DNA of 64,000 nucleotides, from assembly GCF_000143415.4 (NCBI RefSeq), contig NW_003314345.1, forward strand, positions 576,574 to 640,573, written 5' to 3'. This stretch comes from Selaginella moellendorffii. Lineage: Eukaryota > Plantae > Lycopodiophyta. Each line of letters begins with the position of its first letter. Positions within the stretch are counted from its first letter, which is position 1. The notes beneath the pieces were generated by a model, which saw only the letters and a list, made by a program, of their open reading frames with translations, was not told where the DNA came from and searched no databases. Positions 10,655 to 22,250 of this stretch are shown here, in pieces. A program made the translations under genes and the position numbers.

Positions 10655-12560
10655 TCGCCCCAGCAACGAACGACAAGATCGTCCAGCTCGAGTTCCGCAG
10701 CCCTGGCTCGCAGCTGCTCATGGATCTGACGCCGTTGTCGTCTGGGACTGGGAGCATCAGCTGCTCCTGCTCGGGAAATCGGGAAACCTCACATTCGGGG
10801 ATTCTAGCTCCTGTATGAGCTCAATGCTGGGGCGTGGATGCCAAGTGCCTCGTTGTGGAGATCCGGGGAAAATATTTCTGGATGCGTCTCTTTGATCCAC
10901 TCTGTTAGATATGAAATTCGTGGAGAAAGGTAACGACTGTGACAGGGTTCCTTGGTAACTTGTAATGGTGTTCTTCTTCTTTGCCTTGGCAGTGTGAAGC
11001 ACATCAGATTTGACGATGACGGAATGGGTGGATCAGTTGGACAGCTGCAGCGGACGCTCATTCCTCTCCAGCTCAGTTCTCTCCATCCCGTTCTCTCGGG
11101 TAGCTCTGGCTCCACTCGAGGCCGACACTTCCTCGTTGTCTGCTGCGAGAACAAAGACATCTTCTTCGATCTCAGCACAGTGCGTGCTCGGCAAACAAAT
11201 CCTGGAAAACAAAGCGATGGTATGTTTGTGAGCATCATTTCTTTTTTATCTAGCGTCATCCTGGGTGATGCCAGTGTGGAGTTTCTTCTACGCTTCGCTT
11301 GTGGAGTTGGTACGGCTTTTATGACGTCTAGCGGGGCGGTAAGTTGAGAGCTGTCGGGTTTTGATAGAGAGCCTAGTTAAATCTCTGGATTTCCAGACGC
11401 TTTTGGTGTCCGGGGCTATGAATGGAATTGCTCTTTCCTGATTTGCCTCTGCAGGCTCACGATGGTGGTGTGCACGGTATGGAAATGGCCAAAGTACCAA
11501 GGGGACCTCCTCAACTTGTAACCAAGATGGCATTGGCCATCTGACTTCTTTCAGGGTAAGATACAGGTATTTCAAATTATTTCTGCAGGAACTCTCTATT
11601 ACTGTACAAAGATTTCGTTTCTCTCGAGTCAGTTTGTGTTTGCTGTGAATGTGCACCTGACTTTTAGTTTTACCGTGCAGGTGTGTGTTCGTTGATGCGG
11701 GGGTACGCGCCATTGATGTTGAAAGAAGGAAGAGATGAAAAACCGTGCAGCTCAGGGAGCCTCCATGGCAGATTGCTTTGTTGACAGTGGACACTTCGAC
11801 CACCTCTGTTACAGGTACGTTGGTTATACGCTTCGAAGTTTGGTAAATTTATTTCTGTCACAGGTTGTCCGGCTCGCTCCATTCCACGCTGCACCTTCAA
11901 GTTCACGGCCTCCGCCCGACCAAACGGATGTGGATGTGGAAGACAAGAAGGTTGCAGGCGTGGCGTTGCGATGGGGGAGGCGGCGTTGCTGTAGCAGTAT
12001 CCAGATCACCTATGGAGCACAAGCGTCCTGGAGTCTGAGACGGCGTCCTTTGGATTGTTGACAGGTAACTGGATTGCGTTCATTTTAACGGAGCATGATC
12101 ATTTGTGGACGTGCACTTTGTATGACAGGTTCATGGTTTATCCACCGATGTCTTGCTGCTCACGGAGACGTTAGCGCTGTGAAATGGTATGCTTTACTGA
12201 TTGGTAGTACTTGCTTTACTAGTAGTTCTTGTTTTGCAGGGCTTTCAGGCTTGGACGAGAGCACCATGATTGGACGACCTTGCTCAGTTTATGCTAGGCA
12301 TGGGCTGTGCTACTGAAGCTTTACATCTGCCTGGCATTCCGAAGGTGGGTTTGTCACTTACATTTCGAAGAGGTTTTGTGTTGAGCGAGTTGCTGTTGTG
12401 TAGGCTGGAGTATGACCTCGCAAGCAATGCCTCGTCATGCTAAGCCAAGAAGCTGATGCAGTTTGACAACCAAGGAGAAAACAAGCGACGCTCTGTGAAG
12501 TTGTCCGATGAGCTGGTAGATGCCAAGTGCTAAAAAAGCTGGCAGTGGCTGGTCCTGTCG
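10655..12560 (+). pseudogene. TWD40-2: Heavily abridged pseudogene of the TPLATE/TSET complex WD40 subunit TWD40-2, with introns retained
   Basis: Collinear peptide blocks PWLAAAHGSDAVVVWDWEHQ, STRGRHFLVVCCENKDIFFDL, AHDGGVHGMEMAKVPRGPPQLVT, DGVLWIVD, RCLAAHGDVSAVKW and RLGREHHD..MLGMGCATEALHLPGI resemble Arabidopsis TWD40-2 as I recall it. Many frameshifts and stops. Confidence 0.75.
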
Positions 12561-12683
12561 AAGGGGAATCGAATGAGAATACTCGAGCGCTCATCCAGGT
12601 TTGTCTTTCTTGACATTCATTTGACCCATTGTAACAGCTCGTGCCTATTAGTTTAGATACAACAGGAGGCCCAGAAACGTTGG

Positions 12684-13283
12684 TAGTGGTAAGCTTTTCA
12701 GAGTTACGAAGGATCGGTTGCCTGATGATCACTTGCAGTTCGTCAACAAGTAAGTTACAGAGGTGGCTTCAAGCGACAAAGCAAGTTCAGGCAAGTTTAT
12801 GAAATGACAATGGAGAAGTTGGGCGACGCATCTCTTCTCTTTTCTTCAGCTCAACACAACGATCAAGCGCAAGATCGACCAATCTAGAATCTCCAAAATC
12901 CGCGAATGGGTTCTTCCAAGGACGAAGCGCCGGCCTGGAGCATTGAGAATGCGGGGGATGGTGGGCGACATCGACCAAAACGCTATGTATTTTCCAAAGA
13001 TATCCTGCCATACGGTTTAAGTAGATGGTATTGTTATTTTATTATCGGAGCCCGGTTGCTGAGATGATGGCTATGAGGTAAGTGTAGAGGTAAACCGTTG
13101 TAGAAGACCCGGGTTCGATGCCGAAGAGTCCAATCAACAAGGACTTTATACTAAAATTTTTTGCTCAATAAGTAGCCCTAGTTCTGGTTTGGTAGCTCAC
13201 TAAAAAAGCTTAGACCAGTCGGTTAAGACCCTGGTCTCCCAAAGCATAGGTCTGGGGTTCGATTCTTCTCTGTAGATAGAATA
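12684..13283. repeat. Direct repeat copy 2 (~600 bp)
   Basis: Matches 9955-10575 with few substitutions and indels. Contains minus-strand ORF 12787-13011 of unknown nature. Confidence 0.9.
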
Positions 13284-14382
13284 AAGTAAAGAATATTGAA
13301 GGCCAGATGGCTAACCTAGTTTTCCCCTTGTCCAGCAAGATTACCCCTGTTTAATCTGCAAAGTGATCGTCATCAGCTCTTTCCATCCATGTTTGCTCTC
13401 CCAGAGTTATTGTGGCATGACAGCAAGAACAAGATCACTTATTTTTATTCAGCCAGTATAAACTCACCCACGGTTATACCCTTGCCAATGGCTAGTTGGA
13501 GGAGGGCCGACAGTTCGATTTTTCCCTGTTAGACGAATTGTCAGATCCCTTTGCGGGTATCTGATTCTCATCTTTTCCCAGAAGCTGTGCTTCTTCTCCA
13601 GGAATGTATTCTCGAACGCGGACGGTTTGCCAGAACTCCACATTCCACAGCTGTGATTCTTCCACGCAGGGACATGGTTGAAACTCCAGAAAAGATTGAA
13701 ACCGGGGGCCGGATTTGTGGAAGTTGAGAAGAGCCTCGATTAGCCACGCGTTGCACAAAGTGAGCCTGGGCTTGAGCCTCGCAATCTCTAGAGACAGAAG
13801 CTCGCCAAATGACAGAATAAACTCAAAGGTCTTTTAGCTTGAAAGAATAAAGTCAAAGGATATTCCGCTGAATCGGCGCTAAAGAATTTATTAAGCACAA
13901 CAGGTAGAAATATAATACTTGTTTGATCTGATCGGATTCGCAGTGGAGGTTACAGGAGCATCCGGGAGTGGAAGATTAGACTTAACAAGAACAAAACGCG
14001 AGAGAGCAAAGCAAAACCACCTTGACTAATCAATCGAATGGCTGCGCCGTCCACAGCTGTGGATCGCGATCCGGAGGGTTAGACGATGCTTGCAAGTGAC
14101 CAGTTTCAAAGATCGCGCGAAGCAAGAAAGATCGAGGGTGGTCTTGAGAGGAAAGAAAGAATTTGATGCAGTCGGTTTGAAGACTGCAAAGCTGGAGCCG
14201 TGACAACAAAAGACAGCACTAGTGGTGGGAAAACTAACTCCTGCTGTACCAGGGATTCACCAGTAGCCGAGCAATCCATGGACAAAGACAGAAAACAGGC
14301 CGTGCGAGGGAAATGGTTAAAGTTTTTACAAAGTTTTAAACCTTACAAAAGGTGGCAGCCAACAAAGACGTTGAGCTTCCGA

Positions 14383-15834
14383 CTAGGTTTCATCTTCTCC
14401 TGCGCGGCAGGAACTTGATTCCTTCGACCAAGCAGAAGAAGCACTAGGACTGCTCTCCGCATCCGAATCCAAATCAAAATCCGTGCTCGACCCGGAGCAA
14501 GAAGAGCCTGTTCGCTCATCAGACGATACCGAAGACACGGTGGCAGCCTTCCCGTCGGAGCTCTCTGCTTCGCCTGAAGAAGAACAAGAGCTCGGTGAGC
14601 GCTCTCCTTCGTCTGACGAAGAACAAGAGCTTGGCCTCCTGCTCCAAGGCGGGGTCATGCACGCAACCTCCTCCTCACCGCCCACAATTCCCAGCTTCTG
14701 CAACTTACCACACAGCCTCTCCACACAAAGCTGCACAGCCTGCACGTCCCAAGTGCCCATCTCCATCTCCTCCTCGAACAGAACCTGAGGATCACAAGAC
14801 TCGTGCGACCAGTGCCTCCTCGCATGCCCAGCAAACTCCGGTGCCCCCCCTCGAATCAGCTGCTGCTTGAAGAAGCCAAACAGCTCCTCGGCCTCCTCCT
14901 CATCCTCCTCCCTGTAGTAGGAAAACGGGAGAAAGAAACAAGCGGCCAAGCTCTGCACGGTCCCCGTCCTGGCCCCGTCCCAGTCCAGAATGCACTGGAC
15001 GTGCCCCGATGCCGGATCCACCAGGACTTGGCGCGGTCCAAAGTCGGGGTGGTGAAGAAAAAACCGGCCGCTGGATTCTTGAAACTCGTCCAGCCACCTG
15101 AGCAAAATCGCCGCGTTTGCCCGTATCGATTCGCCATACCTGCGGCTGTTTCCATACAGCAGCACCAGCCCTCCAGTGTGGTTCCTCGCGTACTCCTTCC
15201 ACGACGAGTAAGGCCCGGGGCTGAGAGCCCCCACGTCCATCCCGCGCTCCATCGCCTCGGACACCGGACTCTGCGGTACCGGTCCCAGGTGGACAGCCCC
15301 GGCACCGTCGGATGCGCCCACCGCCATGCCCCCCATCGAATCCAACGGCCGCTGGTAGAGCCGGATGGTGACGTCTGCCAGGTCAGCGAGCACGGTCTTC
15401 TTCCACTCCACGGTGGCACCCTTCCTCCACAGCTCCCACGCCGGCACGCCCTCGGCGACGGGCATGACGGTCAGGTGGGATTTGCCGCGTGGCGTGTAGG
15501 GCAGCGGTGGCGATGCCACGCGGATGGGCCCTGCCACGACGGTCGGGATGCCCAGCCCCGCCAGGAAGAGCGTCGCGGCGTAGCCCGAATCCGCCACCGG
15601 GCTTCTAATGCGGCTCTCACCTCCGAGTGGGAGTCGAATGGCAACGCGCTCTTCTCGTTTACCTTGTTGACTTTGGTGGAGCTGAGCGTCGAGCACAAGA
15701 TTCCAACCCCCCATACCTAGAATCCCGTTAAATCGAACGGCGCAACCCAGGATTCTACCCACGATCCTCTCCAGTTGCGCTGGAGAGCACAGAAAGCTTG
15801 AAAAGACGGCACTCCGCAGCTCCTTGTCCGCCAT
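14383..15834 (-). CDS. Aminoglycoside-phosphotransferase (APH)/choline-kinase-fold protein with Ser/acidic tail, 483 aa, intronless
   Basis: Gly loop GMGGWNLV, beta3 VAIRLP, catalytic loop FFLHHPDFGPRQVLVD, metal-binding ILDWDGA, and a repeated RxPSSCSSS tail. GC-rich uninterrupted ORF. Confidence 0.8.
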   Translation of the reverse strand: MADKELRSAVFSSFLCSPAQLERIVGRILGCAVRFNGILGMGGWNLVLDAQLHQSQQGKREERVAIRLPLGGESRIRSPVADSGYAATLFLAGLGIPTVVAGPIRVASPPLPYTPRGKSHLTVMPVAEGVPAWELWRKGATVEWKKTVLADLADVTIRLYQRPLDSMGGMAVGASDGAGAVHLGPVPQSPVSEAMERGMDVGALSPGPYSSWKEYARNHTGGLVLLYGNSRRYGESIRANAAILLRWLDEFQESSGRFFLHHPDFGPRQVLVDPASGHVQCILDWDGARTGTVQSLAACFFLPFSYYREEDEEEAEELFGFFKQQLIRGGAPEFAGHARRHWSHESCDPQVLFEEEMEMGTWDVQAVQLCVERLCGKLQKLGIVGGEEEVACMTPPWSRRPSSCSSSDEGERSPSSCSSSGEAESSDGKAATVSSVSSDERTGSSCSGSSTDFDLDSDAESSPSASSAWSKESSSCRAGEDET

Positions 15835-16100
15835 CGCGCGCCTCTAAAAACTCTAACTTTTGTTGTACGGTAGACAACGTTAAAAGAAAAAACAATTTTA
15901 TCTTTTTTTGTACGGTAGACAACATTCTTTCTTGTTAAACCTTAAGAACTTTAACTTACCAGTGTCTGTCAACGAAGTTGCGTGTCACCAAAGAAAACGC
16001 GGATGATTCATCGCCCAAATGCTTGGCTTGGTCACGAAAGATTTCTTCTTTCTTCTCCTCCTTCCGGGGTACGTAGTAACACCATCCATTTCTCTCAAGA

Positions 16101-16847
16101 TCACGGGCTCATCGTCCTCCAGCAGCACGACCTCGACTTTTGGAGGAAATGTGATCCTCTCCGCTCGAACGGATTGCACGAGCTCTCGGGTGCTCCCAGC
16201 GTCCCAATCCTGCGGAGAGGCCAGTAGCGCAGCACCGATCTCCCGAGGATGTTCTTCACGGGCAGCGGCCCCCAGTGGCACGAATCGTAGCTCTGGTTGC
16301 GGTTGTCGCCCATGACGAACACATGATCCTCGGGAACTAGCACCGGTTTCACGTCGCACTGCCGGGGCTCTGCCGTGAAGAACTCGTTCCTGGGGTTACC
16401 GTTCACCACAAGCTTGCCATTGAGTACCTGGACGACGTCCCCGGCCTTCGCCACGATCCTCTTGACGAAGATGTTGTTGGGGATGCCGCTCTCGGAGGAT
16501 GGCTGGAGGATCGACGCTGGTGGGCGAAAGAAGACGATGTCGTTCACCTCTGGGCGGACGAAGCAGTAGGAGATCTTGTCGACGAGGATGCGATCACCGT
16601 CCTCGAAGGTCGGGTACATGGACAGGGAGGAGATGTACCTCAGCTCGGCGATGAAGATCCTCAGAAAGATGGCGTAGAGTGCGAGAGTGACGAAGGCGGC
16701 GGACTTGAGCTTGATCCACGCGAAGATGTAGGAAGCGATCTTGACGGAGGCGACGGCGGCGCCATGTATTGCCTCGGAAGAGAGGATAATGCTGCTCGCA
16801 TTCGCCATGCTTCCCCAGTTACAGAATTCCATCTGTAGCGACGACAT
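16101..16847 (-). CDS. Type I signal peptidase (S26A, thylakoidal-processing-peptidase-like), intronless CDS
   Basis: TM helix, then SLSMYPT (catalytic Ser), [20 protein letters not shown] (catalytic Lys), [19 protein letters not shown] and RYWP. First ATG is at 16847. Confidence 0.9.
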   Translation of the reverse strand: MSSLQMEFCNWGSMANASSIILSSEAIHGAAVASVKIASYIFAWIKLKSAAFVTLALYAIFLRIFIAELRYISSLSMYPTFEDGDRILVDKISYCFVRPEVNDIVFFRPPASILQPSSESGIPNNIFVKRIVAKAGDVVQVLNGKLVVNGNPRNEFFTAEPRQCDVKPVLVPEDHVFVMGDNRNQSYDSCHWGPLPVKNILGRSVLRYWPLRRIGTLGAPESSCNPFERRGSHFLQKSRSCCWRTMSP

Positions 16848-17947
16848 TCTTCTCAGGGATTTCACGAGAGAACGAGATCGAGGCTCTTACCTCGAGCGAG
16901 CGATAATCCACAAACCCTGACCGAGAGCTCCGGCGCCGCCTAAACCCTCACCTCCAGATGATCGATCAGCTTAACGCGCCCATTCTGGGATCTGCGGCTT
17001 GAATCAAACAAGCCCCTGCTTGGTCGATCGATGGCCGCCGGCGCAGACGAGCATCTTCCCGAGGGGCGAGAATTTTCGTCCCCCGAATGGCTTAGAACTA
17101 GAACCCTAAATCCCAGACGCGTTTCTTTACACACGTGAGAATCAGCCGAATATGCTGATTTAGAGGATATGCGAATCCAACGGCTCGAATTTGTTCCAAT
17201 TTGAGATTTTTGCGTTTCAACCGGCACCAGCCGGTGGATCGTAAAGTTGGAGGGATCTTACGCCTTGTGGTCACTGGGTGGACATTCCGATCCCGCCAAG
17301 GCTTGAACTTCCCTTGCCGCTAACAGCTCTTGTTAGCCTAACCACACCCAGCAGAGGCAGCGCTCTTACTGGCTTAACTAACCAGATGCCAGTGTGAAAC
17401 GGCGGTGGGAATATCCGGCGAAGCTTTAGCGCGATGGAATGCCGGAGAGTTCCAGTGAGAGCAGTGTGGGGGGAGAGCTGGGAGCAGATCCCACTGGCGC
17501 TCGCCGGCGCAACGCTGCCGCTCGGGGATTTTCGGCTACAGTGCGCTTCCATGCTCAAGGTACGTCGATTCCAGCAGGATTCTGGGGTTTCTCTGGTGAA
17601 TTCGGGGTTTCCTGTAGCTCTTGCGCTCATATCTAGCCGCTGCCGTGCAATGGCGTGGATTCTAGGCTCGATTTCTCGCATTCTCGGCTGTTTTCGTGCT
17701 CCCGAGGGTTTAGTGTGCCGGCATTCTGGCTCTCTCTTGCAAGCAAGCATTTTCTTAGAATTGCATTTCATCTTCTTGTGTGGGCGCGCCATCTAATGGC
17801 GAATTTCTTCTTGGAGCAGTGTTAAGGCGACTAGCAGCAACGCCGACTAGGAGCAGCCTTTGATCCTGGTAAGGCTGCTCTCTCTCCTCGGACTTTAGCA
17901 AATTCGTGCTCCATGGAAACGCACAGTCTCTATAGCCCTTCGGCCCT

Positions 17948-19782
17948 ATGAAGTTGAAAGCAAGGAAGGCCGGAGTAACACCTTTGGGGGACACTCGTCC
18001 CTGCAAAAGGCGTAGAAAGGAGTCTGGGATGTGTGGCAAGGACGGCAAAACCATGTCTGCGGCGTCCATGATCACGTCCTCTTCTCGCAAGCGCAAAATT
18101 GGTAAGCATGCCTCGCTTCGATCAAACTTTTTCTTTTCTTTTCCCTTGAATTCACACAAGTTCTAAAACTTACTACTGCTGCTTCGTGCAGAATGCCCGA
18201 CTTCTCCAGTCACTAAAGCACGAGTAGTCGTCAGTGAAGAAGTAAAAGCCGTAGCCAACCTCATCACTTGTGTTTCCGAACAGTGTGATGGATTGTTGCC
18301 GCCACAGGTATTCTTATGACACTTGAATTCTTCTTTTGTTCGCGTCTTACGACTGGTTTGTATAGGGGGAAGATGATAAGAAGGCCACAGGATTTTTCAG
18401 AAGTGCACTAGAAAATCCACCATCGAAGTCCTTATTTTCTCCGACCTTCAATTCATCCAAGGGAAGCGCTAGCGAAGGATCAACGAGCTGCAACTCTACT
18501 GGTATATCTGCGGGAAGCCTTTTTTCTGTTTTTCTTTGTTTCCAGTACCATGCCCATTGACATTTACCGAATAACCATTGCAGTGGAGCAAGCGGACTGT
18601 CCAGATGAAAGCACGGACTCTTCAGAGATGACGACAGTCCGTCTCGGCAGCTCTCCCCCTCAGGAAAATGCGGCATTGGTTTCGTGCTCAACACTCGCAG
18701 AACAATGTACTTCTACGTGTGAAGCCTTAGCTTGCTCAAGCATAATCAGCGTCGGCGAGGATTGCATACGATGGGTGAATATGGAGGACGCCTCACTCGG
18801 CGAGCACAACCAAATAGTTTGCCAGCTCCAGGAAGAGGATGTTGATGTGGACCCTGCAGCCTTGTTCCTGGCTATGCACCAAACCGTGGAGAAGAGAGAA
18901 AAAGAAGCAACCGCAGATGAACCCGACGAGCTCGACAATTTCGATCCTTACCTTTTCATCAAGCACTTGCCAGATCTCTCGGAGGTTGTGGCTCCTTGTC
19001 GACCGATGCTTTTGCCCAAGCAAACGAGACGGTGTCCGCCAGTGACTCTCGTTCTAGATCTCGATGGTAAGCTTCTGGCAGTTCTGATTTTAATCTTTTC
19101 ACTAACTCTGTACCTCGATCTGGCAGAAACGCTTGTCCATTCGACGCTGGAGCACTGTGCCGACGCCGACTTCAGCTTCCCGGTGTACTTCAACTATCAA
19201 GAACACACCGTCTATGTACGCCGGAGGCCTCACCTTCAAGTGTTCCTGGAAAAAGTAGCGCAGCTCTTCGAGATCATCATCTTCACGGCGAGCCAGAGCG
19301 TGTACGCGGAGCAGCTGCTCAACATCCTGGACCCCAAGCGCAAGCTCATCCGGCACCGGATCTTCAGAGACTCGTGCGTCTATGTGGACGGCAATTACCT
19401 CAAAGACTTGAGCATCCTCGGCCGTGATCTCTCCAAGGTCGCCATTGTGGACAACTCGCCACAGGTATTGGCTTTTCCTGGTTTTAGCGTAGGCCGCCTT
19501 TGTTAATTCCTTCCTCGGTGGCTGCCTCTCATTATTTCCCGTTTTCCGCAGGCGTTTGGCTTCCAAGTCGACAATGGAATTCCCATCGAGAGCTGGTTCG
19601 ACGACCGCTCCGACTGTGCCTTGCTCATGCTGCTGCCATTCCTAGAGACACTCGCGACTGTGGACGATGTCCGGCCAGTCATCGCCAAGAAGTTTAACTT
19701 ACGCAAGAAGATCGCTGCTGCAACGGAGCCAGCGTGCCTGGCCGAAAGGATGTTCGACCATCCTTGCACGGAAGTTTGCTGA
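17948..19782 (+). CDS. SCP1-like small CTD phosphatase (FCP/SCP HAD family, CTDSPL2-like), multi-exon
   Basis: LVLDLD|ETLVHS (DxDxT across an intron), VYVRRRPHL, FTASQSVYA, RIFRDSC, YLKDLSILGRDL, IVDNSPQ|AFGFQVDNGIPIESWFDD. Stop TGA at 19780-19782. Confidence 0.9.
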
Positions 19783-20261
19783 GAATGCTGCGAAGAACAG
19801 CGAGAGAAGAACAAGAAAAGAAAGCAAGAACAGGGAAGGGAAATGATACCAGTGCTGCTGCTGCTGCTGCTGCCGCCGCTACTCCAGGTGCAAAAGAATG
19901 AAGATTTTTTTTCTCAGTTTTGTGCGACGACTTCTAACCGTGGCAAAGCTTTCTCCCTGCTGCTGCTACTCCGAGAGTTTCCTCCCAGATCCCAGATTTA
20001 ACTCCTCCTGGTGTGAGTTTCGATCGATCCTCGCGACGGGATGGAATTTAACTCCAGCGCGACACAAGTGAGAGGTTCTTGGCATGCTAGAACCTCTCGG
20101 GTGTTTTGCTAGACTCCAGTGTACCATAGTGTTGTTCTCATATACGTATTAGTTATAGTGACAAAGCATCAACGGCCAGGAAATGACACTCGAAGCATCA
20201 ACGGCCAGGAGCCAGACTAGTCATAGTAGAGTTTAAATAAGACTTGGCGCCAATTTGCTAG

Positions 20262-21440
20262 GGCTCTTGAGAAGCGATGGGAGCTTGTACGATCGCCAGA
20301 TTCGCGTGTGGGGCGCCCGGCGGCATTGCCGTGCTCCAGGCTGAGCAAATCTCGAGTGCTTGTGGCTGGATTGACTGGTGACACAGCAGAGGTACCGAAA
20401 TCTCTCTTTTTCTTTGCGAGACTGTGTGCTGGAGATCAGGCATGCAGGAATCTGGTCCTTGCGGGAATTGGAATCCTCATTGTGATGGACGACAGCACGG
20501 CCGTGTTTGCCATGATCACAACGCTGAGAACAAGTCCGTGGGTACTTCAGTGGTGGATGTGGAGAACTACGACGTTGTCATCCTCAACTGCGACGCTGTC
20601 AAAGACAAGGTGTGTGTGTGTGTGTGTGTGTGTGTTTACTTTTCTGTTTGATTCCTCTATTTTTGTTCTACTCTCTTTGATGCTTTACTTTGTGTGTTTC
20701 TATTTCTCCCTTCTACACTGTTGGGTTCACGGAGGGAAATCTTTGTCAATTTGCAGACCATACTTACACTTACAAGGTCCACTTTTTCTTGTCACAAAAG
20801 CACAGCAATCCGCTTTGTCTTTTAACTTTTTCTTGGCTTGCAGGCTGCGGCGGCCAAGAGTTGTGAGCTTACAAAGAAGTTCCCGAGCTTTAAGGTAAAA
20901 CCTTGTTTCCTAGTTCACAATTGGGATACAATGTAAGCATGTAGGACGTATTAAAACTGCCTTCGAAAGAGGATAAGTAAGCTCTTCTTTGCAATGCGAG
21001 GTAAGGGAAGTTCATGTTGGGCATAACTAGCTCTGTTGGCCAGTCCTAGAAGAATTTGTTCAGGCGACTGGACGCAAGCCGGCCCCGAAAATCTTCCCCG
21101 AGCTGCTCGCGTTGCGAACGCAAATGTGCCGCAAGCAGATGGTGGTGGTTTTCGTGTTTTGCGGAAGCAAAAACTAACCTCCGCCATGGTTTTGCCAGGG
21201 TGTGGCCGACTCGTTGATCCCGGAAAGCCTTCTCAGGGGACTGGCTGACGCGGATTCCGCCAGTGACTACCAGGCAAGTCACTCCGCTCTTCCTTGTTTG
21301 CAAAGCGCTAAAAATCGCTGTGTTTTACAGGAAAGTAGTCAAGGCTTTGCCTTGCAAGGAGAAAGGAGATTGCATTTTCTACTTCGACACGGACGACAGC
21401 AAAGGAATCATCGAGGTGATAATCAGTTACATAGTGGGAG
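20262..21440 (+). pseudogene. SAE1: Degenerate SUMO-activating enzyme subunit 1 (Aos1-like) with internal deletions and introns retained
   Basis: LYDRQIRVWG, LSKSRVLVAGLTG, CRNLVLAGIG.L..MDD, YDVVILN, GEIFVNL and QEVVKAL..K....FYFDTDDSKGIIE blocks in order, but frameshifted. Confidence 0.75.
20610..20635. repeat. (GT)n microsatellite
   Basis: gtgtgtgt... run at the start of an SAE1-like intron. Confidence 0.95.
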
Positions 21441-21947
21441 AGGAAGGAGGAGGAGGAGGAGGATTGTTGGGTGACAGAAGATCGCTGACGAATACAAGTG
21501 TGGAGGCTACCACCCATTCTGCATTGGCGATAGCTTCTCGGGTGCGCGATACGTCTAGGTGACAGCGTGGCTCCCCTGGGACACCCAGCAAAAGGTTCGT
21601 CTTTCCTTGCGACAGTTTGAGTGGCTACCCCTTGCCACGCCCACTCTTCGCTCCTTCTGTGGCACGCCGGGTCACGCTCAGTCAACTAAAGGTTTAAATT
21701 GTTAATGGGTATATTAATGATTAATTAGCTGGTTTAGGTTTTTCTTCATTGTTAGATTTTGTTTCTTATTTTATTTGGTTTACTTCTTATATTTTCTTAA
21801 TTATATTTTGTTTCTTGTTTTATTTGGTTACTTCTTATATTTTCTTAATTTTATTTGTTTACGAGCACCACAAGCACCATAAGCATCATAAATATCATAG
21901 AGATGATTGAGCAAATCATTGATTTGTGTTAAGCTCAAGGATGTTTC

Positions 21948-22250
21948 AAAGATGGCATTCCAAACAAAAACAAGTGGTTATGAGTTTTTTGTGATGCAGT
22001 TTAGTTTGATAAATGCTCCTACAACTTTTTAAATCAAGTTTTGTAGTGTTTGGTTGCTTAAGGAGGTTTGCAATTAATTATTTTGATAATATCCTAATAT
22101 TCAACCCTACCATGGAAGAATATAACATGCATGTGCAAAGCATTTTGCAACTCTTTAGGCATAACAAATTCTACTTAAAATTATCTAAGTGTGAGTTTTT
22201 CTTAGAAGAAATTAGATATTTCAGGCATTTAATTTTAGTGCATCGTGTGA
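21948..22250 (+). mobile_element. Degenerate Ty3/gypsy reverse-transcriptase fragment
   Basis: KMAFQT..GYEFFVMQFSLINAPTTF and YFDNILIF (YxDD decayed)..H...L..F..NKFYLKLSKCEF. Confidence 0.8.

Noticed and set aside
13492-13790. Minus-strand ORF downstream of the APH-like gene
   Set aside because: Short, no ATG start, no identifiable motif.
14803-15720. 305-aa plus-strand ORF
   Set aside because: Antisense shadow of the GC-rich APH-like CDS.
20070-20098. 10-bp-stem hairpin gagaggttct..agaacctctc and a nearby 18-bp direct repeat
   Set aside because: Too short to support a terminator, miRNA or element. Lies in a 3' UTR or intergenic context.
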